Of a DNA stretch of 64,000 nucleotides, positions 28,672 to 40,929 are shown piece by piece. Each line of letters begins with the position of its first letter. Position 1 is the stretch's first letter. Source of the DNA: Obrimoposthia wandeli (Eukaryota). The DNA is taken from assembly GCA_977020255.1 (NCBI GenBank), contig CDROCS010001044.1, positions 806,001 through 870,000 of the forward strand. The letters are read 5' to 3'. The notes beneath the pieces are model-generated. The model did not search any database, was not told the origin of the DNA, and saw nothing but the letters and a program-made list of their open reading frames with translations. Position numbers and translations under genes: made by a program.

Positions 28672-30488
28672 ATGGCTAAACAATTAAAAAGAACGCTGCA
28701 AGAAGAAAACAGAGTGTTTAATGACAAATGGGAACTACAGTATTTTGTAGTGTTTAATAATGATAAAATGACTTGCTTGTTATGTGATACCGTAATTTCA
28801 ACATTAAAGAAATGCAATGCACACAAGCACTATGTTGCTCATAAGGACAATAACTATGCCAAATTAGAGGGGGAGGCTCGTAAAATTGCATTGAATAAAT
28901 TAAAAGATGGAAAGCTAAAGCAAAGACAAATATTCAATTCATTGTTAGGCCTACATCAAGGAAATGCTACGACCGAGGCAAGTTATAAAGTGGCATATTT
29001 GCTTGGGAAAAAGGTAAGCCATTTAGCGATGCAGAACTTATAAAGGAATGTATCGTTGAAGTAGTAAGATGCTTAGATCCAGATAAAGTTAAAAAATATG
29101 AAGACGTACCTCTTTCAAGAAGAACTAATACAGATCGGCAGCATGAGTTAGCTCGAAATGTAACTGAGCAACTTCAAAAAATAATGCAAAAGGAAAATGT
29201 ATATTACTCAATAGCTTTGGATGAGTCAACAGATTCACCTGATTCTGCACAAGTATTGTATTTTGTTCGTGCTGTAACTGAAGATTTTCATATATATGAA
29301 GAATTGCTCGCTTTAGGCACCCTTAAGGGAAGGTCGCGAGGAATTGATATTTTCAACAACTTTAAAGATAAATGTTCTGAAGCTGAACTAAATTTTACTG
29401 ACTTGGTGAGTGTGTGTACAGATGGCGCTCCATCTATGACTGGGAAGAACGAAGGCTTTATTGCCCATCTTAAAAGAGAACTCTCAGATCCAAATGCACT
29501 GATTTCTTTTCATTGCATTTTGCATCAGCAAAATCTCTGTGCCAAATATGTCATTTTAAATGACATTTTGCAAAAAGTTATAGGTATTGTGAACTATATT
29601 CGAGCAAATGCTACGAGACATCGCCAGTTTCGAAATATGCTCCTGATGAATGATGAGATAATCAGTGTAGATTTACCCTATCATTCAAAGGTGCGCTGGT
29701 TATCACAAGGACAAGTATTGGTCAAAATTTTATCTTTGCGAGCGCAAATAATTGAATTTTTTCAAGGGAACAATCAACATTGTGAATTATCAGATGCAAA
29801 TTTTCACCGAGATGTAGCGTTTCTATGTGATCTAATGTCAAAGCAAAATGAGTTAAATATTTCGCTGCAAGGCAAAACTAAATCAATATATGATATGTGG
29901 CAACGAGTCATGGCATTTAGAAAGAAGTTGTCATTTTTCAAATCTCTTCTCGCTCAGTCGAAACTTACAGAAGAACACTTTCCCCAGTTGACAAAAATAA
30001 ATAATGAATATGAAGAGTATAACTGTGAATCTTTCGAATCATACGAATCTGTTTTAGACTCATTAATCAAAGAATACAATGAAAGATTCATTGATTTTGA
30101 AAAGCATGATATCACCCTGAAACTAGCTTTTCAACCTCACTTAGTTGATGTATCAAGGGCACCAGAATATTTACAAATGGAGCTTATTGAGTTATCTGAA
30201 GATAATATTCTGAAATCTCTGTTTCTTAGTAAGGAAGATCCCGTTGAAATTTGGAAAAAAGCGGTAGAATACCCTCGCCTTCGCGAACATGCTCGTCGAT
30301 TGATTTCGTGCTTTTCTACGACATACTGTTGTGAATCCACATTCTCACATTTAACAAATATCAAAGATTCGTTGAGAACACAGATGACAGATGAGCATCT
30401 GGAAGACCAATTAAAACTTAAAACCTCCATGTTAGAACCCGACATCAAAATGTTGTCTCACAAAAAGCAATCTCAAAGAAGTCATTAA
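28672..30488 (+). pseudogene. hAT transposase, Buster/SPIN (GTF2IRD2/EPM2AIP1-like) type, one frameshift
   Basis: BED-like CLLC..H..H, ALDES, CTDGA, HCILH, VRWLS and YCCESTFS are all intact. The two ORFs join as a 605-aa protein if one A is added to the A5 run at 29008-29012. Confidence 0.93.
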
Positions 30489-32119
30489 ATTATTAAAAAG
30501 GTAAGTGAATAAATATAATTTTTTGTCTTAAAATACATGTTTACTTCGTGCAGTTATTAATTTAAATAATATTAATAAAAGGTAAAAAATTACAGTAAAA
30601 AATAGTTACACTTATTGACTGCGGCCTCATTGGGGGCGGCAAATTTATGTGTGGCCTCCACACATGAAAAGGTTCCCCACCCCTGGTCTAAACATTGATA
30701 TTTCTTAATTTGTATCCATAATATTATTTTCCACAATTATCTCTTAATACTTCCAATAGAAAATTTTCACAAATTACAGTTAATATTATTAAATAGGAAT
30801 AAATTTTTTTTAAACATTTAGACTAATAATATTCTATAACTTTATTTGTTTGTGCTGGATTTTAACAATAATATATTTAATATAGCGCCAATAACTAATA
30901 AATTTAAAATTTGTTACTTAAAAGTGCTTTCTGATCATCATTATTTTTAGAATATTAATGTCTTCAGCTGTTTCTGGAATTTTTGAACATTGCTACAGTA
31001 TTTTAATATTAATCAGTAAATTGTTGTAAAAATTAGGTGCATAAATTTCAAATTTATCATCACTCTGTTTGTTATTTGATATTTTTGACCAGTCATAATC
31101 GTTATTCCTAAGATGTATATACATTCTTGCTGCATCAGGCTCGAGAAAACATATAAATATTTGTTAGAGAATACATCTATGATATTATTAGCTTTTTGAA
31201 TTCAATTCTGACATTGACCAGTAGCCACTAAAGCTTAATTTTTCATTAATTTGAATATAATTTTGACGACTTTGTTTTACATTTTTGTATGCGGTAAAAT
31301 TGATAGGCAAGATTGATCTAAATGATGCAGGATCTAAAATACTTTAAATTTCTTCCACTTTTTTGCTTCATTACATAAATTTTAGCCCTTTTCTCAATAT
31401 TTCATTTTTTAATAAAATAATAAATTCCAATAATACGATTTTCTACCTAATACTCAAAATTTCAAAAAAATTGTTTATGTTATTTTAACAAGTATAAAAA
31501 AGTTATTAAAATTATTTTATTATTGATCATTTCCTTGGAAACCTTCTCATCGGATAATCACAGATTGATTGGAATCGTATAATATATATAGTTCTTATTG
31601 GTACGCGTACATTTTCAAAAAAGTTAGTTTAAATTATTTTCACTAATTTTGTTTGATTATTTCAATTAAATTGAATATGTTTTTATAGCTTCTACCTTGA
31701 AATACCAGATTTAACTGTGAAAACAAACTAAATTTATAATTTATATATATTAATTTATGTATTTTTATTGTAATATATGTATACAAACCTGAATAAATTT
31801 AATATTAATTCAATGTAAACTTTTTTAGATTTAATTGAAAAAGTTTTTCATAATTTTCTAAAATTATTAGCCATCAAAATATTTGAAAGATTATTTTAAT
31901 CAGTTGCTTAATTTATTTTTAATAAGTTAAGACTCTAAGTCATTTATTACTTAATTTAAACAACGTACGACCTGACAATAATTTAAAAGGATTTTTTAAT
32001 TTCACGTTTACCGATAAAAGTCATATAAATCGTCTTTCGAAATTTAAGTATTTTGGCATTCATTTCTAATTAAGTTGAGAAGGCTCCATTGTAAGATGTT
32101 TTCTCACATATATAATTAG

Positions 32120-32412
32120 TCTGAGAGTGAGCATAACTCAGTGTACCCCCAGATTGCTGTGTCTCCCACACGGAGTCCGGTGCCAGCGTCACAACAGCAC
32201 CAGCGTCTGCTCACACGACCGCGGGACTCCAGCGAGCCGACAAACACACGGTGCGGTCAGTGTCCGTACTTCAGCAACCTGTGCAGCACCTCTCGCCAGT
32301 CCGTGCACCTGATCGACCAATCCGCAATGATAGCTCTACAGGATTGGTCGCGCCGAGTGCTCAAGACTCACAAACAAGTGCACTCGGTCTGGACCCAATT
32401 CCAGGCTCTCAA
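32120..32412 (+). CDS. PDE9: PDE9-like linker exon (...RCGQCPYFSNL...WTQFQALK)
   Basis: Frame of ORF 32141..32416; donor AA|gtaaga is phase 2 and fits the next exon. The acceptor is at 32119 (attag) or 32152 (cccag), both phase 0. CGQCPYFS recalls PDE9A NCPCKYSF. Confidence 0.75.
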
Positions 32413-32450
32413 GTAAGACTTACAGTGGCAAAATATAAAGCAGCATGGAA

Positions 32451-32853
32451 CATGACAGCACATACATTTGGTCAGATATTACCGTATCGATCTGTACTGC
32501 TGATGGACGACAGGGGCATGACAGCACATACTGTTGTCAGATATTACCGTATCGATCTGTACTGCTGATGGACGACAGGGGCATGACAGCACATACATTT
32601 GGTCAGATATTACCGTGTCTATCTGTACTGCTGATGGACGACAGGGGCATGACAGCACATACATTTGGTCAGATATTACCGTGTCGATCTGTACTGCTGA
32701 TGGACGACAGGGGCATGACAGCACATACATTTGGTCAGATATTACCGTGTCGATCTGTACTGCTGATGGACGACAGGGGCATGACTGCACATACATTTGG
32801 TCAGATATTACCGTGTCGATCTGTACTGCTGATGGGGCATAACTGCACATACT
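32451..32853. repeat. 66-bp minisatellite, 6 copies plus a partial, filling a 504-bp intron
   Basis: Units start at 32451, 32517, 32582, 32648, 32714 and 32780; unit 2 is 65 bp. Confidence 0.98.
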
Positions 32854-32916
32854 GTAGGCAAACGTAGAAAATCTTAATCTGTGTATGGATTTTTGCTTTT
32901 AGTTCCGCCATTACAG

Positions 32917-33154
32917 ATCCAACCAATTGACCCGAGCCATGAAACTGAGTCTGCAACAGCCAAGCTTCAACATGTGGGGTCTCTCCGATGCTGAGCTGCT
33001 CGGATTGACTGCTCACATGTTCCACAGTCTTGGGCTCGTCACAACCTTCACGATCCCCCCTGTGGCTTTGGATCGATGGCTTCTGGCGGTCTACCAGAGT
33101 TACAACTGTGTACCCTTCCACAACTTCACCCACGCATTCTCCGTCCTTCAGATG
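32917..33154 (+). CDS. PDE9: PDE9-like catalytic domain exon (PSFNMW...PFHNFTHAFSVLQM)
   Basis: ttacag acceptor, gtatgt donor; FHN..H metal-binding motif. Confidence 0.95.
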
Positions 33155-36011
33155 GTATGTACTCCACTAGTTGCGTTTCTGTACAAACATTTGATTAATT
33201 TTTTACTATTTTACATTGCAATTACTTTTCTTGTTCAAATTATGTTTGTAATACAGAAAATTATTTTGTCTGTAAAGGGGTACAATCATTGGCTTTCTTA
33301 ATTGTAATAATATGATTTAATACGAATAACTAGTGGGAAATTTTTGGTAAGCATATCTGGCACGTTTTGCTTTTGATTATTAACTTTTTGAACTCTTAGT
33401 CTTTGTTTTTAACTAAAATAAGATAAATTAATATTATATAGTAAATTATTAAACATAAATTACATACTGTTCTGACGTAGTAAAAATAATTTTGTAATTT
33501 GTAGTAAATTTGTAATTGTAATAAAATAATTTAATTAATTAAGTTAGATAATTTGTTGTCAACATAGTTTATGCGTTTTGAAAATAGGCAAAGTAAAAAA
33601 AGTTGTATTTGTTTGAATATTGCCACGTAGGCAGCGGTGATTTTGAAGATAAAAAAGTTTGAATGTTTTTGAATAAAATAGTTGGACTATGTTGAATATG
33701 ACTTTTGAAATGCGAAAATCCGGCCCGCTAAAACACAGACTATATCCAACAGTAGAATTAGTTTTTGGCACGAGGTCGAAGCCCAAGTTGCAAAATAGTG
33801 TTCGAGGGGTGTTTGCATGTCATTTAGCTTTGAATCAATATTTTATAATTTTGGGAACTCGCGAAACAAATCGAAGATAAGACATTATTTCTGTTTGAGA
33901 GAGTGCACTAGTGGCGTAAAAACCCATTAATATATATATATATAAAATATTACATGTCAATAATTATTGATAATTTTCATTGGCAGTGGCTAACGATGAT
34001 ATTTCAGCGGCGTTAAGTTGCAAAATAAAGCCTGTTAATGATCGTTTGTTGGTGTGCTACAATGAATTCAAAGTCTTGCAAAATAGAGACGACGACATAC
34101 ACTGATTTCATTCATATGCTGTCGGTTACAATGAAGGTCAATGACAGCTTCCTTTGTGAATAAGTGGATCAAATTAAATAAGGACACAGGCCAAATTTCC
34201 AAATGAAACAACAAGCCACTAACTATCTCCCAAAGAAGTCGGCAGTTATGATATGACAGAGTTTAATAAATATCTGACTGTGTCTCCAAAAGCGAAGGAC
34301 ATACCGAGAAGAAAGATAATTATCGAAGGGTGTATCACAGTTTTGAATAAACACAAATAAATGATGAACTTACAGACAATGCAAGTAGTAAAATTTTAAT
34401 TTAAGGCAGTTTAGATTTTTAGAACAGCACACTAGTCGAGACAGTTTCTCTTTAATCTGTGCATTGGATAATGGTCGTTAGTTGTCAATAAAAGGAACCA
34501 ACTGTGTTCCTAGCACTGATTTGGTTAGCACACATAAAATATGAGATAGGGAGCGAAGCACAATTAATATTTTTAATTTTATATATATTAGATGTATCTA
34601 TTCAAAAATGAAACAAACTAAGAAATAAGAACGTTTGCAAAACAATTAAAAAAGACAGGAAAACATAATACATAGAGAGTTTTGCTTAAAACGTTTACTA
34701 CTGTAGAATAAATTATATCCTAGAATGTGTAGGAAAAAACTTATTTTAAATATTCTATGTCTCTTAATCATGGTTCGATCTTGGTTCACTTCTATTTTCA
34801 ATTTATACTTTATCAATCAGCGATTTTAAAGAAATAAAATATTCATTTCCATCTTTATGTCGATAGCACACAACTTTATATTGATTTGGATTCTAATGAC
34901 TATGAAAACATATTTTCAAAAATGGAAATAGACGAAATGTGGACGATTAATGATGAATTGAGGTTAAATTAATAAAGTGATATGAACATGCAACAGTCAT
35001 ATCAAAGAGACTTCTCTAACAACAAACCACTTTATTATTGAGACGGTAACGCATTGAAGTGGTAACGCATTAGATTAGCTCATCAAGGCTTGATTTTTAA
35101 AATTGTTTAGGTTAATATTTAAACTTATCAATTTAATCATATACAGATTTTTTTTAACAAAGGTGTTAGAATTATGTTCAGATTAAAGAAAAGTACTAGT
35201 ACATGTGAACTCCACAAGAAGCTTCATTGGCTACAGATCAATGCCCGAATTGAATTGAAGATTCTAGTTAATATCAAAAAATATTATCTCACAAAAGCCC
35301 AAATATTTAGGAGCAACGATGATGACAGCAAATAGATTAAAAATAAATAAAATGAAATTGTAATAATGTTTAAAAATTCAAGCAGCTGATGGAAAGTATT
35401 GGAAAACGGGAAGAGCCTTTGAGTAATAAATATCGATTAAATATATTTTATTATTGTTAATAGTCTTAATTTTATTTAAATTACGTATTTTTGTTTTTTA
35501 ATTTTATTTCATAGTGTAGATAATCTGCAGCTTAGTTAATCTTCAACTATGCAACGGTCAGCAATTTTATATTACTATTTTTTAAGAGGAAGCAGTAATA
35601 TTTGAAATTGCATATTTGTACTTATTTTAGAGCTCAAATCTGTACATGTATCGGAATGAGAAGATAACTTTAATGCAGTCTGTTAGAAGCAGCTGCTACT
35701 CAAGCAGACTATTTCTCTTATGTCGCAGAGGTTGACGATTTTGTCGAACATAAGCACTGTCGAAGACGACATTAACTTGTACTTTTATGTCTACCAATGT
35801 TTGAGCTACAAATTACTACGGATTTCCTGGAATTTCAGTTCACAGTTTGCAGTTGTTTTCGTGATATTTTTTCTGAATTTTACTCAAATTAATTTCATTA
35901 TAATGTGTCCTCAATTACTTTTCATTTTCCATTAGTTTCATTTCATTTTGGTTGTAAATTATTTTCGTAAATCATATTTCTTGATTTCTGACACATGCTG
36001 GAAGTTGATTG

Positions 36012-36501
36012 TGAAAAGCACCACGGTTCTTGTGGTTACCGGATCGCTCTCGATGACCTTTGAAATCTGAGTTAACAGTAATACATCTCGTGTCGATCGT
36101 ACCGATATCTGCATTCAGTGATGTCTCCTGGGTGAGCAGCCTATAGTCTTAGGACAATGTAGGTAAGGAAAGTCAGCGAATTATATTTGTATCTTGGCCT
36201 TTAATGAATTGCCATAATGGACTGGTGCAAGAAGTTGCTGGCTTTGAAATTGCTGTCGGTGGAAAGTTGGCTTTCGGGTTCGGTGATGGGTGGTGCTATG
36301 GTTAATCTTAGGGTCAGCCATCATCATTGTGTAACCAACAATCAACCTAGAACTGGCATGGTCTAGACTAATCTGACTGTCTAATTAAAAAAAAGCATTG
36401 CGAGGTCTGGTAACCGGCTTTGACACAATGTAATTTCTATCCAGTGCCATAAATGTCCAGGTAAAAATTCAATTAGGCGCTGTTACACGCGGGTGCAACT
36501 A
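36012..36501 (+). pseudogene. Decayed 28S rRNA fragment (D7-D8 region and the following core)
   Basis: cgtaccgatatctgca..gtctcc..ggtgagcagcct..acaatgtaggtaagg.aagtc and tagaactggcatgg..aatctgactgtctaattaaaa..aagcattgcga..ttgacacaatgtaatttct..ccagtgc..aatgtc match conserved eukaryotic LSU sequence with many substitutions. Confidence 0.88.
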
Positions 36502-36977
36502 GGCAAGGAGTTAACTGCAAGTTTATCGACCTGTTCTCATCAAATATAAACAAGTATTCTTGACTGAGTTGTAAATTGATTTAATTATATTCCATTTAGA
36601 AATGATTGGTAGTTGATTTCACTTTTTTAATATTTTTTTAATACAAATATTAAACATTCCTGGTTAACTTTATTAATTTTTTTATTATTCTTTTAAATTT
36701 TCTTGTAATTTCCACTTTGTAAGCAAAGACTAAAACATGATATTTCATCTGTATATAGAGGAAATACATAGTTATATTTATGAAATATATTTTCAATCCT
36801 AGAATGGAACCTAGAATATACGTGAGTACCCACAAACCAAACATTCTTCACCTGATTATTTAAGTTCTCCGCAGATAAAAGTGAAGTATTTCAATTGGAG
36901 TTTGATGTATTTAAAGTTAATGAAACAAATGATACAAAATATTTATTTGGAAGATAGCACTTTACCGATAATTGTAG

Positions 36978-37230
36978 AGAAGCTGTAGGATTAGTTAAAG
37001 CAGCTTATGGATACTCAATTTACAGGACGTCACTTCCATCACTGATAAGCAAATTCCAACAGACTGAGAGTAAAGAGAGATAAGGTCAAGCATGAAAAAA
37101 ACTGAATAGAAAGTTCGTAATGAAACATGTTACTGTTTTGTTGAAGCAGTGGAAGATAATATTTCACTACGAAATGCTGCTACCATTTTGGGCATGTTCA
37201 AGTCCCCTGTCCATCGCATATGTGGAGATA
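36978..37230 (+). mobile_element. Tc1/mariner-like N-terminal HTH remnant
   Basis: SLISKFQQTES...KVRNE...SLRNAATILGMFKSPVHRI. Confidence 0.55.
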
Positions 37231-37486
37231 TGATGGCCGCATCGAAAATAAACTGAAAATTATTATTTGGTAGTACAACTTTTTATATCTTACTATTTTA
37301 GTATGAATTTCGGAGTTAGTGTGATTTGTTATGGGACACTGGGTATAATTCCGGGTTTCTATTTTGTTTTACCCGTATTTCCATTTGGTTAAATTGCACT
37401 CAAAGGGTTAATTGAATTATTTTTAAATCTAGTTTATTAATAATTCAAAACTAGTTTTCATTTTTGATCTCCCTTTCCTTTTTCAG

Positions 37487-37609
37487 CTTTACTCGATAAT
37501 CCACATGACAAAGCTACAAGAAATTCTTCCCGACCTCGACATTCTTTGTTTGATGTTCTCAGCCATATCACATGACCTTGACCATCCTGGCCTCAATAAC
37601 TCCTTTCAA
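37487..37609 (+). CDS. PDE9: PDE9-like catalytic exon (LYSIIH...SHDLDHPGLNNSFQ)
   Basis: Long pyrimidine tract plus cag, gtgagt donor, 41 codons; HDxxHxGxxN PDE signature. Confidence 0.97.
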
Positions 37610-39430
37610 GTGAGTTCAAGATGTTATTCATTTTATTAACGAAAAAAAACAGTCATGATTATGGACTATTTGCAAAGGTTACTTTTAATATCGTTTTAAA
37701 GAAACTCAATTTTTCCCTTTTTTAATTGTTTTGAACTTTCAAATATATATTTTTTACTCTTTTTATAAAAGTATTCAACAAAATAAACGGAAAATGTTAA
37801 GTTTACAATATTGTTAGAATACCGCCTCACACAGTAATCACTGCCTAATGTGCCCAAAATCTTTGTATGCCCATGTTTTCGATGGCTTCTATGAATAATC
37901 TATCTTATACAGTGACCACCTGTACAATCAAAAAATTGACTATCTTTTTAGAAAAAAATTACTGATTTATGATCAAAAAACCGTCATAAAGTAATTATTG
38001 GGCTGTTTAAAAAATTATCCTGCTTTTGAATTTTTAAAAAAATTAAAATAAAAAAGAGTATTCTTTATATTTTTATTTGTATTTTGTTGGATAATTTGTA
38101 TTAACTTAGTGGTTGGTAATTTACTATTATTATTATTATTACCCCCTCATAGCCAGAATGCACTATTGAGTCATTTATTAAGTACTCTTATTTATTCGTT
38201 CGCAATTGCACTGGCGTCTTGATGTGATATTTAGATTATTTTTATGTGTTCGATTTTTTTCTTGGCGTAGAATGTTTCATATAGCATTTTAGGAATGAAA
38301 AACAAGGAGGTATACAAAAGATTGAACTTGAAGAATAAAATGACCGGTTAATTTATTCCGAAATCATAGTGAACTGAAGAATTTGATGAGAGTAAAACTG
38401 CAGTAAATAAACTGAAGAAAAAGAAACTTGAATATTTGAAAAGATTTGAAAATTAAAATATTCAGTTTAGTAGAAAAAGGAAGATGACAAAAATGGATAA
38501 GATGAAGGGTGTTAATGCTAAGCTAACAAAGTTATTACGATTATAGATGAAATGTCATTCGTCAAATATTTGATAACCAAGCTGAAAATATTTGCCTGGA
38601 ATTACTTCAGCATCTTTCAATGTCATTGATGATATTATCTTTAAGATTCATCAACCCAAAATAGAATAGTTACTAAATTCTATGTAAACAAATTTATTAA
38701 ATATTATTTAGTTTACTTTTTTGATAAATATTTTTTACGTAATTGAAAATTTCTATTTAGCGATCGCCTTTTAAAAGTGACCAATTTTAAGAAACTTTTA
38801 TTGGTCAGATACAGAGTTGATTTGTACTTCAAGTGTAATTAAAATCAAATAACTCACATTTGAATTATCAGCTGGAAAATATATTGGAAAGGTAAGTTTT
38901 TCTAACTTTAATGCACAAAATAATCGATTAACCTTTCATCGACAACACATATATTTTAATTAATGCTGTCAATTATATCTGATTATAATTTTTGTTTTAA
39001 TAATCAAAGTAGCCTCAGGGTCGTTCCTTATAAAATGAATTTTTCGATTCAATAAGTAGATATTTTTCTAACAACGTACCTTCCGTGAACACATTTAATT
39101 TAATTGCAGTTAGAATATATAGAACATTTTATTCACAAGGTAATAATGTATTTTCTCCTGATGTGTTGGATAAAACAGAAAACTTGTATAAAAATTCAAT
39201 AATAGTTTGTTTTAAATGCAAATTTCCTTCAAGATTAAATTTACATGTAGGATTTTTTTTCTCATTTAATTAATTGAACTTTTATATTCCGTTTAAGTTT
39301 TCAATCACAGTATACCTTAAAGATCCAAAACATGTGATAAATAATAAATAAAATGAATTAATTCCAATTCTGAATTAATTATACATTTTAAATAATTATT
39401 TTTTAAAACCAAAAAATGAAACCTTTTCTT

Positions 39431-39692
39431 CTAAATTTCTACATTATTAGTCTGACTTAGCATCTAAATTTCTTCATTAATAGTCTGACTTAGCATCTAA
39501 ATTTCTACATTAATAGTCTGTCTTAGCATCTAAATTTCTACATTAATAGTCAGACTTAGCATCTAAATTTCTACATTATTGGTCTGACTTAGCATCTAAA
39601 TTTTTACATTATTGGTCTGACTTAGCATCTAAATTTCTACATTTAGTCTGACTTAGCATCTAAATTTCTTCATTAATAGCCTGACTTAGCAT
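39431..39692. repeat. 33-bp minisatellite x8
   Basis: Unit ctaaatttctacattaatagtctgacttagcat; copy 7 is 31 bp. Confidence 0.97.
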
Positions 39693-40765
39693 CAAAATTA
39701 TAGTTGAACGTTGGGTTATTCTCTAATTCTAGAGTTGCGTACGGTAAAACTACTTTACACCAATTTCGGTTTATCTTACTCCTATATTTCTACTCTTAAC
39801 AATAACTATACTTAAAAACCAAATGCTTTGTTACATAAATATCAAATACGTACGGTTCAAAATAAAATATAATTGTGTTGTCTTTTTTTACACAACAATG
39901 GTAAGTGATTATACGTACTTTGTCCAATGGTTATCAGAGGTATTGTGCTGTTTGTATTTGTCTGATACTCAGCTTTTATGGATTCTATTTTCTTTCCACA
40001 CAGTCACAGAGTCAGGCCAATAGGATTGATTTCTTCTTCAATTTCTACAATACTCACCTCGTATTGCTTGTCTGTAAATCCACTTGGATTTTTTGTTGGC
40101 GTTGTGTCCCAGGTGACTTTTATTTATGCTGAGTCAGAAGTCACCTGTGATTAATTAAACCTCCATTTTGCTATGGAGTTTAATTAATTCGTTAATTTGT
40201 CCCCTTTAATTTATTTTTATTTAATTTTTAAACTTTCAGGGTCATAAAATGTCCTTGGCCAAAACTATAAATATAGCCAATTATTTTAATTATTTCCCTT
40301 TAACTCGTCCGATTCTGGATTTCAACCCGAGGAACCTCAGGCTTTGCTAAGTACTTAACTATTTATGTTTTACTTACTATTGAATGTCCCAATTTATGCT
40401 AACTTATAACTTCCCTACGTTGTTCCCCATTAAGAAGCTTTGTGTTGGCTTTCATACAGAATTAAGTCAATGTTATTGAATTTAAGTTTATAATATGAAT
40501 AAGTTAGTCAATATATAGAGACACTTAACTTTCTTTTTTAAGTAAAGTTGTTTTAATACTGATAAAAGAGCAATGATAAAGTGTCTAAATTTTTAGTGAA
40601 CATCCGTAAATTATTTAATTGCTATTGTTGATAAATGTCCCTTAAGATATCTTACGTAATGGAAATTCGTAAAATGCCTGAGTTTTTTAAAGTTTATTTC
40701 AATTATACCCGCCTAACATATGTATTACTTATGTCTATAAACAGTTGACGATTATAATGTTGCAG

Positions 40766-40929
40766 GTGAACGCAAAGACGTGTCTGGCCAGAAGATACAA
40801 CGACCAATCACCGCTGGAGAATCACCATTGTGCTATGGCTTTCCGAATCGTGGAGGAAGAGAGTGCTAACAACATTCTTAAGAACCTTTCAGAGAAACAG
40901 TACAAGCGACTCCGAGAAATGACCATAAA
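40766..40929 (+). CDS. PDE9: PDE9-like catalytic exon ([22 protein letters not shown]...)
   Basis: tgcag acceptor, AA|gtaaga donor; YNDxSPLENHH motif. Confidence 0.97.

Larger units (their letters stand above)
28076..30693 (+). mobile_element. hAT (Buster-type) element; right TIR and TSD clear, left TIR missing
   Basis: Right TIR aggttccccacccctg at 30670-30685 (reverse complement CAGGGGTGGGGAACCT), followed by 8-bp GTCTAAAC (NNNTANNN). The same 8-mer occurs at 28076-28083 without an adjacent TIR, so the left boundary is tentative. Confidence 0.7.

Noticed and set aside
29005-29015. Programmed ribosomal frameshift in the hAT transposase
   Set aside because: hAT transposases are normally one ORF and I see no downstream stimulatory structure; a 1-nt deletion or read error is simpler.
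14974-30448. ORFs 14974..15168, 15292..15561, 28641..28826 and 30137..30448
   Set aside because: Antisense shadows of the maT and hAT transposases.
32251-32568. Alternative frame (LQQPVQHLSPVRAP...) for the PDE linker exon
   Set aside because: It ends in phase 0 at the gtaaga donor, whereas the next exon needs phase 2.
32445-32867. ORFs 32445..32867, 32479..32850 and 32534..32842 as protein genes
   Set aside because: They arise from a 66-bp (3n) minisatellite inside a PDE intron and have no independent gene signals.
32451-39692. 66-bp and 33-bp arrays as CRISPR
   Set aside because: Head-to-tail repeats without unique spacers, no cas genes, eukaryotic context.
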